Shown: positions 16,323 to 25,968, numbered from the stretch's first letter. The stretch is 35,842 nt of DNA from an uncultured bacterium (GCA_963977445.1 CAXBPH010000039.1:1-35842), one strand, 5' to 3'. Notes: generated by a model from the sequence alone, not told the origin. A program made the numbers and translations.

Positions 16323-18281
16323 ATGGTCCGATTTCGATTTCTGGTACTCGGTGCTGTGTTGGCCGTAGGCGCAACCTGTGTTGGTACTGCGGAGCCCTTC
16401 GCTTTTAACAGCAGCCCGGATCTCGCGGCGCTGGCCAAAGCCTGCGCGCCGGTCGCTGGAAAGCCCTCACCCTCACTGACACGGCTGATGGATGCCCTGG
16501 TGCCCCTGGAGGAACTGCTCATAGGCCCGGACGATGTGGAAGTCTTCCCCTGGCGGGAACAATTCTACCTGCGTATCGATGACCGTCTCGCCCTCCTCGA
16601 CGCCACGGGCATCACGCGGTGCTATGCTGCCAAAGCGGCGAATGTACTCCTCACCACAGAAGGGAGCAATACGCTGGTCCAGCGGGATCTGAACGCCGTT
16701 ACGGTCACCCGCCGGGTCGAGCTGCAGGAACGTATTCTCGCCATTTCCGCGACGGCATTCCCCGATCTCGTGCTGGTGAGCACAATCGATGAATTCTCCA
16801 ACGGTGCCTCGCCCACCGTGCTGGCCTACAATCTAAGGACGGGGACACTAGCCGAAATCGCCATGGGATTCCTGAGTTCGACGATTAACGAAGCCCGAGA
16901 TGTCCTGGCAGACGATTCGTATCAGTTGCGCATCACGTTGGAAGACCCCGAGCAGTGGGAAAAGACGCCAAGAGACAGCACGTCCGATGGCTGGCAAGCC
17001 TTGGAACTTGCCGACCAGAGCAAGCCTCCGAGGCCCCTCCAGTTTCCCGCCTATCGTGGGGTTGAAACGCAATGGACCCGCGAGGCTGCGCCAGATCGGC
17101 CCGTCGTACGGGAGATTCGTTATAGCGAGACCCTCTTGGACGCCCTGCGTGATCTGGCTGTGGCAGACCCCGCTGACCTGCCCCCCGGCAACCCGCCCGC
17201 CATGGAAATCTTCAATTTGGGCTATGATGATGGCCCCGGGCGAGAGCTCACCAACCGCCGCAAGGATCTGGACGAGGAAACCCTCAGTTTCGTAAGGAAC
17301 TATCTCGACAATGGCCCAAAGCATCTCCTCGTGGCCCGCGACAGCAAGGACTACTATCTCCTCACCCGGGACAGCGGCGGTATGAATCTTGAGCACTTTA
17401 TCTACCGGATCATCGAGGGAAAACCGGTTATTTCCTGGAGTGGATACTTCCGGGGGGATGCCCCCGGTTTCATTGGTGCCAGTCCCGATGGACGCTTCTT
17501 TTTCTTCGGCAGCATCCGTCTCGCGGGCGACCCGTGGCTCCACGTTGTGCGCGCCGCAGACCTGCGCGAGTTCACTCCATCGGATCAGCCCCTGGGCTGG
17601 GGGCCGAAAGCGCCCCAGGTGTCCATGGACCCCACCGGCAAGCGCCTCGCCGTGGCCACGCCCGACGGTTCCATCTGGATCTACCTGATTGATGAGGAAG
17701 AGGCCAAACTCACACTCAGCGACCGCATTCAGGCCCTGCCCCACGGTCCGACCGAAGGCGATGCCGATGCCATTCCGCCCATGGCGGAGATTTCACAAGT
17801 GTCCTGGAGCGACAACGACACCTTACTCTTTGATGTGAAAGGGAAATTTGCCCAGGCCCTCTCCCTTCGCACCCGCCTGCCCCGCTGGACCTTTCCCTGC
17901 GAAGCTTTGAGTGGCTCGATTGCCCTGCCCGACGCGGGCATTGCCGTGCTCTGGACCGAATCTCAGGCCCTGGTGGTCGATGCCTACAGTGGCCTGCCCC
18001 TCGGTGCGCCCCTGGCTATCACCCTGAGCGAGCCGGAAAACAAATACGCCCCCCGGTTTGCCGCTGAGATGAGCCCCGAAGGGCAGCTCCGAATTCGCGC
18101 GGGCAATGAATCCTGGCTACGCGCCGTCCCCAAGGCGGGTGCCCTCTCCAATGAGGTCGCGCGAGACCTCTTGGCGCGTCACGCGGGGATGACCGTGAGT
18201 AACGGCCAGATTACACGCCTGCCAAGATTGCCCAGGCAACTGTCGGCAACGAAAAGTAGGCCAACACCCTCCGGCAGGTAG
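16323..18281 (+). CDS. Secreted hypothetical protein with probable C-terminal WD40/beta-propeller-like region
   Basis: AGGAG RBS, then signal peptide MVRFRFLVLGAVLAVGATCVGTA. Propeller-like blades SPDGRFFF, MDPTGKRLAVATPDGSIWIY, VSWSDNDTLL and MSPEGQL. Confidence 0.7.
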   Translation: MVRFRFLVLGAVLAVGATCVGTAEPFAFNSSPDLAALAKACAPVAGKPSPSLTRLMDALVPLEELLIGPDDVEVFPWREQFYLRIDDRLALLDATGITRCYAAKAANVLLTTEGSNTLVQRDLNAVTVTRRVELQERILAISATAFPDLVLVSTIDEFSNGASPTVLAYNLRTGTLAEIAMGFLSSTINEARDVLADDSYQLRITLEDPEQWEKTPRDSTSDGWQALELADQSKPPRPLQFPAYRGVETQWTREAAPDRPVVREIRYSETLLDALRDLAVADPADLPPGNPPAMEIFNLGYDDGPGRELTNRRKDLDEETLSFVRNYLDNGPKHLLVARDSKDYYLLTRDSGGMNLEHFIYRIIEGKPVISWSGYFRGDAPGFIGASPDGRFFFFGSIRLAGDPWLHVVRAADLREFTPSDQPLGWGPKAPQVSMDPTGKRLAVATPDGSIWIYLIDEEEAKLTLSDRIQALPHGPTEGDADAIPPMAEISQVSWSDNDTLLFDVKGKFAQALSLRTRLPRWTFPCEALSGSIALPDAGIAVLWTESQALVVDAYSGLPLGAPLAITLSEPENKYAPRFAAEMSPEGQLRIRAGNESWLRAVPKAGALSNEVARDLLARHAGMTVSNGQITRLPRLPRQLSATKSRPTPSGR

Positions 18282-18465
18282 CCGAAAACCTTTACCAGCA
18301 GCGGAAGCCGTGAATGCCCAAGGCAGGCTGGCCCAAGCTCCTGATGCGCCGGTCATACGGTGGCTGGGAAGTCCCAGGGATGTATTGGGCCTACCATTTT
18401 GCTTAATCGGAATATTGCTGCGGAAGCGGCAGGGCAGTGGCTACGAGGACCCTAGTCACGAGGTG

Positions 18466-18509
18466 AAAATAAAACGCCCTCCGGCCTGAAATACTTCGGG
18501 CCGGAGGGC
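18466..18509 (-). terminator. Rho-independent terminator of the minus-strand cohesin/MACPF unit
   Basis: Stem GCCCTCCGGCC(TGAA)...(TTCG)GGCCGGAGGGC, followed on the minus strand by GTTTTATTTT, ~14 bp after the stop at 18523. Confidence 0.85.
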
Positions 18510-18522
18510 ACTCCTTTTGAGA

Positions 18523-20295
18523 CTATCGTCTTTTGGTCCGGAAGGCCACGAGCGTTACAATGGCCATGCCAACGAGGAACAAGTCTCCCCACATTTTTTG
18601 CAGGCTCTCTACTATTGCCGCCTTGCTAGGCGGGCAACCGCAACCAATCTCGACTTCACCCGGTCCTTCGCTCCCACTACCGTCCTGGATATAATTCGAG
18701 AAGAAGTTCGATTCTTCGTTCTCAATAGATTTGATAGTGATAAGTATTACGCGATCCAGACCGAAGTTCGCCGGCACAATTACGTCCACTGTTGCATCGC
18801 CAGTCCCCGATGCAGGGAAAAATTCAACCCCAGGAGTATCCGAATCGAATTCCCATTCGCATTCCTCGCTACTCATATCAACCCACAACTCTTCCGTAAA
18901 CTCCGAGGATGGAATAGAATAGCTCCCGCCGTACCAATTCAGAATCTCACATTCACCTTCACCGACCTCAGCACTTTGCGTAAACGTCCTAGATTTTGCC
19001 ATCGCCTCATTTCCCACAGGGGTAACGACAACCGTTATAATCCTCGTAGACATACCTGTATTCGCGGGTACCGTCACCGTAAACGTTCCGTCGCCGGTAT
19101 CACCCGAAACGGAGGTGGTACCCACGGAAGTCGCCACGGTCCAAGCGCACGTGTCCGCGGTAACATCCACCATGTATTCTGCCGTTGTGCCGCCCGCTGC
19201 AGGAATACTGGGGCTGCCGCCCGTAACAGACACTTCACATGAACTGGGGGCACCAGCTTGGGTAATGCTCGTCTCCATCGCGCCGCTGGAATTACCGCCT
19301 GGCGTTACGGTGACCGTTATCGTACGCGCGGTTGTGCCCGTATTTGCCGGAACCGTCACCGTAAACGTTCCGTCGCCAATATCACCCGAAACGGAGGTGG
19401 TGCCAACGGAAGTCGCCACGGTCCAAGCGCACGTGTCTGCTGTAACATCCACGCTGAATGCCGCCGTCGTGCTGGCAGTCGCCGGGAGGCTGGTGCTGCC
19501 GCCGGATACGATTAGCGTGCAGGCTGGGTCGTCCACGAAGTTCGCGGTGACCGAGCGGTCCGCGCTCATCGTTACCTGCGTCGTAGCTGTGGTGCCGGAA
19601 GCGTCTCCTGTCCAGCTTTCAAAGTCGAAGCCGGTACCAGCCGACGCTGTCAGGGTCACAACCGCGCCGCCCGCGTACTTGCCGTCGGTGCCCGGCAATG
19701 GATCCGCCGCAACGACACCACTTCCCACCGGATCGATGGTAAGCGTCAGACTTCTTCGAGCAACCGTCCCCGTACCGACAGAGAAATTCAGACCCTGAAA
19801 CGTGTTCGTCGCAATAGCTTGTGACGGAAAGCTTATATCACGGATTCGCTCCGGTGTTATACCGATGGCACTGGTGCCCCCCGAGTCACCGATAACCTCG
19901 AATGTGATGTTCGCGAGTACCACAACGCCACTGGGTTCCGTGGTATTCCCCGACGCATTTACTTGCCCAAAGTTTATTCGGTTGCCCGGGGGATCAAGTG
20001 GTGTCGTGGAATCGAGAATTGGTGCGGCAGTGAAACCCGTTGACGTACCCCCTGCGATCATGGTGACTTTCAACACCGTCGAGTCGAATGTCAAGTCAAC
20101 TTTGTAATTTCCCAAGACTTGGGCACCGGCGTCCAGAGTGAACGTCGCGACGAACGTACTTCCTTTTGCCGCGCTCGCCGGCACGCCTGTAAGCAGGAGG
20201 TCCCCCGTCGCGGCCATGGCTGTACTTGAAATAAATACGCAGCACATTGACACTACCACACTACGGGTCATATTACTGATGAACGCAAAACTCAT
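18523..20295 (-). CDS. Cell-surface scaffold protein: signal peptide, cohesin-like domain, InlB-B/bacterial repeat, three BACON/Ig-like repeats, GCGC-TM-basic C-terminal anchor
   Basis: Strong AAGGAG RBS. Cohesin pattern KGSTFVATFTL...YKVDLTFDSTVLKV...SGVVVLANITFEVIG. Repeat YAGGAVVTLTASAGTGFDFESWTGD. BACON-like CAWTV...SGDGTFTVTVPANTG..R.ITVTV. Tail GCGC...WGDLFLVGMAIVTLVAFRTKRR. Confidence 0.8.
   Translation of the reverse strand: MSFAFISNMTRSVVVSMCCVFISSTAMAATGDLLLTGVPASAAKGSTFVATFTLDAGAQVLGNYKVDLTFDSTVLKVTMIAGGTSTGFTAAPILDSTTPLDPPGNRINFGQVNASGNTTEPSGVVVLANITFEVIGDSGGTSAIGITPERIRDISFPSQAIATNTFQGLNFSVGTGTVARRSLTLTIDPVGSGVVAADPLPGTDGKYAGGAVVTLTASAGTGFDFESWTGDASGTTATTQVTMSADRSVTANFVDDPACTLIVSGGSTSLPATASTTAAFSVDVTADTCAWTVATSVGTTSVSGDIGDGTFTVTVPANTGTTARTITVTVTPGGNSSGAMETSITQAGAPSSCEVSVTGGSPSIPAAGGTTAEYMVDVTADTCAWTVATSVGTTSVSGDTGDGTFTVTVPANTGMSTRIITVVVTPVGNEAMAKSRTFTQSAEVGEGECEILNWYGGSYSIPSSEFTEELWVDMSSEECEWEFDSDTPGVEFFPASGTGDATVDVIVPANFGLDRVILITIKSIENEESNFFSNYIQDGSGSEGPGEVEIGCGCPPSKAAIVESLQKMWGDLFLVGMAIVTLVAFRTKRR
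19071..19452. repeat. Intragenic duplication of the BACON-like module (282-bp period)
   Basis: 19071-19170 and 19353-19452 are near-identical in DNA; VDVTADTCAWTVATSVGTTSVSGD occurs twice in the protein. Confidence 0.9.
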
Positions 20296-20364
20296 TTTGG
20301 AACTCCTTTAGAGTGCAATCTCGAACCCTACACCTTTATCCACACAAACGGCCTTAGGTTTACG

Positions 20365-21240
20365 TCATCCTAGGTGCCCAATCCTGTTGAATACGCGAAG
20401 AATAACGGCCGTCGCATCGTCGAGAGTCAGACCCGGATCACCATCGACGTCGGCTATACTGTCTGCAACTTGCTGCGCCGTAAGTCTGTTGAAAACGCGC
20501 AGGATGATCGCAGATGCGTCGTCCAGAGTTAGTTCCTTGTCCCCGTCAACATCACCCTTGAACACCGCCGGGTTCTTTCCCTGGGCGACTTCTTGAGCGT
20601 TTGTAATCCCGTCCCCGTCGAAGTCCTCGTCGCCGTCCGCTACCCCGTTGTCGTCCGAGTCACTGGAATTTGCATCCAGACCAAGCAATTCTTCCATTGA
20701 GTCGGGAATCCCGTCACCGTCAGAGTCTAGTCCTGTGCTCTTCCCAAACATGATGCTCGCGGATGTAAACTCTAGAAACGGGACCTCCGTCTTATTGGAA
20801 TTCATCGCGAACGTCTTCGATGCCGAGAACGGCACAGTGTACGACGCTTCTGTTGCAGATGTTACCTCGAACCGCGCCACGATGCATTCACCACTACAGG
20901 GCGCGCTCGTGCCTTTGAGTGCTGCAGCTAGATAAAGGACGTTGTTCTCTATACGGGGCTCTATCGATACGTCACGCCACAGCGGAAGATACCACGACTT
21001 ACTTGGGCTACCGACGATAGCCAGTCCTGTAGGAATTCCAATCGCCGCTGAAACGCCAGATGCTGAATCTTTTGATATATTTATGACCACATTGATCAAT
21101 ACAGACTCCCCCACCGAAGCCTGGGTCTTTACGGGAATCAGGCTAATCTGCTGCGCGTTGCCTACACCTGCAAGGATGAGCCAAATCAGCATTGAAATGA
21201 GGCAGTGACTAGCCGGAAATCTTGGTAATTGGATCTGCAT
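20365..21240 (-). CDS. Secreted adaptor: cohesin-like domain + TSP3-like Ca-binding repeats + C-terminal dockerin
   Basis: Signal peptide ending GNA|QQ. Cohesin-like ASVGESVLINVVI...CSGECIVARFEV. DSDGDGIPD, DSDDNGVADG and DFDGDGITN repeats. Duplicated dockerin GDVDGDKELTLDDA..I and ADVDGDPGLTLDDA..I. ATG at 21240 after AAAGGT. Confidence 0.8.
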   Translation of the reverse strand: MQIQLPRFPASHCLISMLIWLILAGVGNAQQISLIPVKTQASVGESVLINVVINISKDSASGVSAAIGIPTGLAIVGSPSKSWYLPLWRDVSIEPRIENNVLYLAAALKGTSAPCSGECIVARFEVTSATEASYTVPFSASKTFAMNSNKTEVPFLEFTSASIMFGKSTGLDSDGDGIPDSMEELLGLDANSSDSDDNGVADGDEDFDGDGITNAQEVAQGKNPAVFKGDVDGDKELTLDDASAIILRVFNRLTAQQVADSIADVDGDPGLTLDDATAVILRVFNRIGHLG

Positions 21241-21297
21241 TGGAGCACCTTTCACGGTGAAACTTTCACTATAATTTAAGTTAGCATCCTGAATAGC

Positions 21298-23388
21298 CTA
21301 TTGAATGAAGCCCGGTTTCTCTCCGACAGTGAAGCCATCCAGGGGCAGGTCGTCGCACAGATTAGTCCCGCATCCATATCCGATTATCCGGTCAGGTTTC
21401 GTATCGATGCGTATTATTGCTATCGCAAACCCTTCGCCTTTACCGGACTGCCATTCCTCAAGTTTTGAACAGCAATCCCCATTCGCACTATTGAAGCGTG
21501 TTTGGAAAGAGAATTTTGTTAATGAGGGGTCTTCAAAGTTCAGTTGAAGATTAATAGGATTATTAAACTGAACTCCGCTCGCACTCTGGCAAAAAAACGG
21601 GTCCTTGACCTTAATAGCTTGCCATTGGTATTTTGCCCCGCTATCCGGAAAATCCTGACCTTTAATTCGGCCGTTCACGAAGGCGAATGAAAATCCGCTC
21701 GCGTTCCGACATGGCAGTTGTGTTGAGGTATCGGAAAAGTCGAAAATTGGTTGAAACCTGGGAAACCTAATTTCGGGAACCTGAAAATTGGGATCCAATG
21801 GATCGAATCCTATCGATGTATCGGTTTCTTTCGAGTTATAGAGTTTTCGCCCAATGATCAGCATTTCGTCTCGGAGTATTTTCAGGGTATCGCGCTTCGC
21901 CTTCATGTATTCGAGCCACGTTGCACTACCGTCCGGAACGGGATTATCATTTTCGGGGCGCGCGAGTTTGTAGTGTTCGAACGCAAAGGAATAGTCCGTT
22001 CCTGCGGGGTTCAGAATTCCAAATAGATCCAGGGAAGCATCGTGGAGTTCCGCGTATCGTTTGTACCAGTCACGAAGATTCTTGCCTTTGTCCCAGGGAA
22101 GCACGGGCGTAGTGCTATAGAAATCTGTTATCGGCCTACAATAGAAATTATCAACATTGGCGTTTCCAAAAGTCAGATCGGCATTCCAAGCAGCGATGAG
22201 TTTGCTCACTTCGTCCTGAAGATTCTCGCTGTCCGCATCAAGATTATTTGCAACGGCGTCCCATGATCTGCCATCACTCAACATTAGATTCGGGCTTCCA
22301 CCGCGTTTGACAATACGAACGTGAACGGCTGTAACGTTTTTGACCTTTTGCTTCACTGCTGAGATCGCGGCTTTAATGTTGAGTGCAAATGTTGGCGCGG
22401 CTACGGCGCCTTTAATAGTGGTATTGGTTTCGTTGCGATCTCGTTCATTAGACGTCGTAAAATCAAGTTCTATGAAAAGTGAGCCGACTCGATGCTCGGC
22501 ATACACATAATGAGTTCCATATTTTTCGAGCACACCATTTCCGCCAGCTTCTCTTTCGGTAATAAATTTGGGGCTAATGACTCTAGATTCTGGTGGCAGG
22601 AATGCCCAGCCGAATGACTTCGTTTGCTTATACAGGAGCTTGTGGCTTCGACCTTCACGATATTGTTCGCGTTTATTGCTATTTGCAAGACTTGCGCTAT
22701 AGATAGAGTACCGCGCCTCTACAGACAAATCGACGCCACGAAATTCCTGCTCCTCTTCATAGGAGCGCGTATACTGAAGTTGTGATTCAGATGCTTCTAT
22801 CGGAAAATCGTAGAAGGCGCTGGAATCGTTGTATGCGCCCTCCAATTGACGGAATTGCTGCCTCACGGGCTTCAGGCCCTGCGGGGTAGAGTAGACAGGC
22901 AGGCCAATTATTGGCCCCCCCTGCTTCGTTGGAAAAGTTACTCCGAATCCGACAGCAATCGGCAGTTCGGGGTTTTCTATTATCTGCTTCGTGTAGTCTG
23001 CGCCTACTACTTTGGCCGCCTTGGCCACAAACCCTGTGATTGTCGCGCTAGTTGGACGGTTTTCCCATCCAATCTGCGATACCGTAGCAGGAACAGTCTC
23101 TCGCCAGTGGTTTTGCATGTGCTCTAACACACTTGCGTTTTCCCATCCGAATTCATTTTCTTCGCTGCCCCAGCTCTGCCCCAACTGTACGAGATCGGCG
23201 AGATCCACGGTATTGTCTCGCGTAACATCACCCCAGACGACAGGCGCGGCGGGCGGCTGAAATTCGTTCGGTTGGGCGAGCGCCAGTGACCCACTGAAGA
23301 GTCCAATTGAAAGTAATACGCAGAGAAGGGGGCAAAAAGTTATTCGCGCACCAATCTTTGCATTTCTTTTTTTTCGCTTCGTATTCAA
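21298..23388 (-). CDS. Secreted MACPF-domain (perforin-like) protein with N-terminal dockerin/EF-hand-like motif and Cys-rich C-terminal domain
   Basis: Signal peptide ending ALA|QP. WGDVTRDNTVDLADLVQLGQSWG. MACPF-like signature LEKYGTHYVYAEHRVGS followed by RIVKRGG. Six Cys in the last ~140 aa. TTG at 23388 follows AGGAG; the ORF is open to 23415. Confidence 0.7.
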   Translation of the reverse strand: MNTKRKKRNAKIGARITFCPLLCVLLSIGLFSGSLALAQPNEFQPPAAPVVWGDVTRDNTVDLADLVQLGQSWGSEENEFGWENASVLEHMQNHWRETVPATVSQIGWENRPTSATITGFVAKAAKVVGADYTKQIIENPELPIAVGFGVTFPTKQGGPIIGLPVYSTPQGLKPVRQQFRQLEGAYNDSSAFYDFPIEASESQLQYTRSYEEEQEFRGVDLSVEARYSIYSASLANSNKREQYREGRSHKLLYKQTKSFGWAFLPPESRVISPKFITEREAGGNGVLEKYGTHYVYAEHRVGSLFIELDFTTSNERDRNETNTTIKGAVAAPTFALNIKAAISAVKQKVKNVTAVHVRIVKRGGSPNLMLSDGRSWDAVANNLDADSENLQDEVSKLIAAWNADLTFGNANVDNFYCRPITDFYSTTPVLPWDKGKNLRDWYKRYAELHDASLDLFGILNPAGTDYSFAFEHYKLARPENDNPVPDGSATWLEYMKAKRDTLKILRDEMLIIGRKLYNSKETDTSIGFDPLDPNFQVPEIRFPRFQPIFDFSDTSTQLPCRNASGFSFAFVNGRIKGQDFPDSGAKYQWQAIKVKDPFFCQSASGVQFNNPINLQLNFEDPSLTKFSFQTRFNSANGDCCSKLEEWQSGKGEGFAIAIIRIDTKPDRIIGYGCGTNLCDDLPLDGFTVGEKPGFIQ

Positions 23389-23454
23389 AGCTCTGTCTCC
23401 TGTGCGCAGACGCAACGTGGTTACCTGAACGGATTAGCTCTTTTTATGAGCTAC

Positions 23455-23470
23455 GCAAGGTATGTGCCAA
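23455..23470 (-). promoter_or_regulatory. Sigma-54 (-24/-12) promoter of the MACPF-cohesin unit
   Basis: The minus strand reads TTGGCAC-ATACC-TTGC, a consensus match, ~70 bp upstream of the start codon. Confidence 0.8.
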
Positions 23471-23652
23471 TGTAAGCGGATGAGGTATAAGTAGAAAACT
23501 CTGGGGCTGGCACCAAGTTTCCCTTTTCACCCTTGCCGTGCAATCCCATTGTTCGCAGCGCTGCGAGCCTGCTTCGAGAGGTCCCCTCGCTTCATTGTTG
23601 AACGCGCCGCATCGGATCGCGTCAAATTTCGACAACGGATTGATCGTGCAAA

Positions 23653-23706
23653 GTGTTTGTTTTGCATACACCGCAAACACTGCCGGTGTTTGCTTGCTAT
23701 ACACCG
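23653..23706. promoter_or_regulatory. Tandem candidate enhancer (UAS) sites GTGT-N11-ACAC
   Basis: GTGTTTGTTTTGCATACACCG (23653-23673) and GTGTTTGCTTGCTATACACCG (23686-23706), 33 bp apart and ~180-240 bp upstream of the sigma-54 motif. Confidence 0.6.
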
Positions 23707-24105
23707 ATGGAATCGTGTGAGTCTGATTTCGGGGCCGAGTCTAAGGCTGCCAGGTTCGCATTCGACGCGGATGGAGGCGAAGTAGAACGAAGTTGGACAT
23801 TCACGTTCTACGCAACGCTCATTGCGGCCATCTCGGGGATCTGCACGGTCGCGCGTCGATTTGAACAGGCTTACAGCCGCGAACCTGATCGGATATCGCG
23901 CCCGTAGTTTCGCGTACATCCTGGAGAACGCCGGGAAGGCATGGCTGCGAGAAGGCGAGTACGTGTATTTCGAAGCGCCTGGGTTCAGTGCCCAACTACG
24001 CACCTGGAAACGGCGATTCGAGCAGGCGTTGCAGCGCCATTCAGGAAACAAGGAACCTGAACCGTAATTCATAGCCTTCGCGTCGAATACGGGCTATTGG
24101 CTCCC

Positions 24106-25968
24106 CTATTCCGCGCTATATTCCGCGATACGCTTGTACAACGTAACACGGTTAATCCCCAGCGTTCGCGCCGCTTTAGCGATGTTGCCTTCACACGCTT
24201 CGAGCACGTACTGGATATGCTCGCGCTCGATTTCGGCTAGCGTGAGGATGGACGAGGTGTCAGCCTGGCTTACAGTGCTTACGCTGTGGGTGTAAGCTGA
24301 GCTTACACGGGCGGGCTCAAGGGTGTGTGGCACCGTAGTGAGTTCCAGGTCTTTCGGGGTGAGTTCGGCCCCCTGGGCGAAGAGGATGGCGCGGTCGATA
24401 CGCGCTTTGAGTTCGCGGACATTGCCGGGCCAGGGATGCCGCTGGAGGCCGGCGAGTGTGTCGGGCTGAAGGCCGGTGACGCGCTGGGTACCGTGGCTGC
24501 TGCTGAGGCGGATGAAGTGCGTGACGAGGGCAGGGAGGTCCATGGGGCGGTCGCGGAGGGGCGGCATCTGGATGGTGACGCCGTTGAGGCGGTGGAGGAG
24601 GTCGAGGCGGAAGGTGGGCTCCTGGAGGGTCTTGTTGGTGGCGGCGACGATGCGCACATCGACCGTAATCGGTTTTTGCCCGCCGACCCGGTGAAAGGTG
24701 TTCGTTTCGATAGCACGGAGGATGCGGGCCTGGTTGTCCAGGGAGAGATCACCCACTTCGTCGAGAAAAAGTGTACCGCCGTGGGCCTCCTCAAAGCGGC
24801 CGACGCGGTGTTGGGTGGCCCCGGTGAAGGCCCCCTTCTCGTGGCCGAAGAATTCACTTTCGAAGAGATTGTCGGGGATGGCGGCGCAGTTGACCACCAC
24901 ATAGGGGCCTTCGTTGCGGGGGCTGGCGTCGTGGAGCATGCGCGCGGCGATTTCTTTGCCGGTGCCGGTTTCGCCGAGCACCAGCACGGGCAAGTTGCTG
25001 TTGCCGGCACGGGTAAGCTGGTTGCGGGAGGATATGATGGCCGGGCTTTCCCCCAGGAGTCGGACCCCGCTTCCGGCGCGGGCGAGGAGGGCTTCGTTGT
25101 CGCGTCGGAGCTGCTCCGCATAGCGTACGGCGCGAATGTGGGGTGCGGCGATGGCGGCCACACCGAGGGCGTAATGTAGGTCGTCTTCCGCGTAAAGGCG
25201 ACCCGGCGCGCGCCCGCAAAGTGCAAAACCACCGAGGACGTTGTCCGCGTGAACGAAGGGCACGGCCATGAGGGTTTGGGGATGGCGCTTTTCGGCACCC
25301 TGGTGTGCGGAGGGTTTGATGACGCCCTCCCGGGAATCCAGCGCGCGCCGGAGCAACTCGAGGGGCGGCTTTTCCCCGGTATCTGATCCGTCGAGCACTT
25401 GGAGAATGAGCGGCTGATCGTCGGCATAGCGCCAGGCGAGCCAGAGGGTGTGGGGCTCAAAGTGCTCGCGCAGGGTACGCTCCAGCAAGGCGACCAGGTC
25501 GCGCACCGATTCCACGGCACCGAGGGAACGGCCGAGGTGAAACAAGTCGTGGAGCTCCTGCACCGTGCGGTGAAATGGCAACTCGAAGGGTGTTTCGTCC
25601 GTGTTTTGCATGTAGGTTGTAAGGCTGGCGGACAGGGTGATTGGCGTGGAATTTACGCCACCCGCCCGCTCGGGTTTTGGCTTGCCATGGCCCACGATAC
25701 GGAACAGCGTCGCGCCCGCGCCGAGGGTGTCCCCCACCTGCAGGATGCCGGTATCGGCGGGACAGCCGTTTACCAATGTGGCGTTGATGGAGCCCAAATC
25801 CTCGAAGCGCACGGTGTCGCCATCCAGCCAGACTTTGGTGTGGCGACGAGAGAGCGTCGAGTCGTGTATGCGGATATCACAGCCCACGCTCCGGCCAATA
25901 ACGAGGGGAAGGTGCGTTAGTTGCCAGCTTGATTCGTTGCCATTGGCATTCTGAAGAACAATAAACAC
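24106..25968 (-). CDS. Sigma-54-dependent enhancer-binding protein, FHA-GAF-AAA+-Fis HTH
   Basis: FHA motifs IGRS...SRRH...[15 protein letters not shown]-like middle region. [21 protein letters not shown] and [33 protein letters not shown] at 25968 after GGAGG; the ORF is open to 25989. Confidence 0.93.
   Translation of the reverse strand: MFIVLQNANGNESSWQLTHLPLVIGRSVGCDIRIHDSTLSRRHTKVWLDGDTVRFEDLGSINATLVNGCPADTGILQVGDTLGAGATLFRIVGHGKPKPERAGGVNSTPITLSASLTTYMQNTDETPFELPFHRTVQELHDLFHLGRSLGAVESVRDLVALLERTLREHFEPHTLWLAWRYADDQPLILQVLDGSDTGEKPPLELLRRALDSREGVIKPSAHQGAEKRHPQTLMAVPFVHADNVLGGFALCGRAPGRLYAEDDLHYALGVAAIAAPHIRAVRYAEQLRRDNEALLARAGSGVRLLGESPAIISSRNQLTRAGNSNLPVLVLGETGTGKEIAARMLHDASPRNEGPYVVVNCAAIPDNLFESEFFGHEKGAFTGATQHRVGRFEEAHGGTLFLDEVGDLSLDNQARILRAIETNTFHRVGGQKPITVDVRIVAATNKTLQEPTFRLDLLHRLNGVTIQMPPLRDRPMDLPALVTHFIRLSSSHGTQRVTGLQPDTLAGLQRHPWPGNVRELKARIDRAILFAQGAELTPKDLELTTVPHTLEPARVSSAYTHSVSTVSQADTSSILTLAEIEREHIQYVLEACEGNIAKAARTLGINRVTLYKRIAEYSAE

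Noticed and set aside
18523..21240. The two cohesin genes as one split gene, or a true cellulosome
   Set aside because: Each has its own RBS and signal peptide, and no glycoside hydrolase or CBM-enzyme genes are visible in the window.
23367..23374. A8 tract in the MACPF signal-peptide region as a phase-variation switch
   Set aside because: A short A-tract encoding Lys/Arg in an n-region is common, and there is no evidence of variation.
23508..23523. Plus-strand sigma-54 promoter TGGCAC-CAAGT-TTCC
   Set aside because: It lacks the invariant -12 GC.
23708..24067. Small plus-strand ORFs between the enhancer repeats and the activator
   Set aside because: The last 81-codon frame looks protein-like but has no good start or recognisable family. 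It may be a gene remnant, but it cannot be supported as a CDS.
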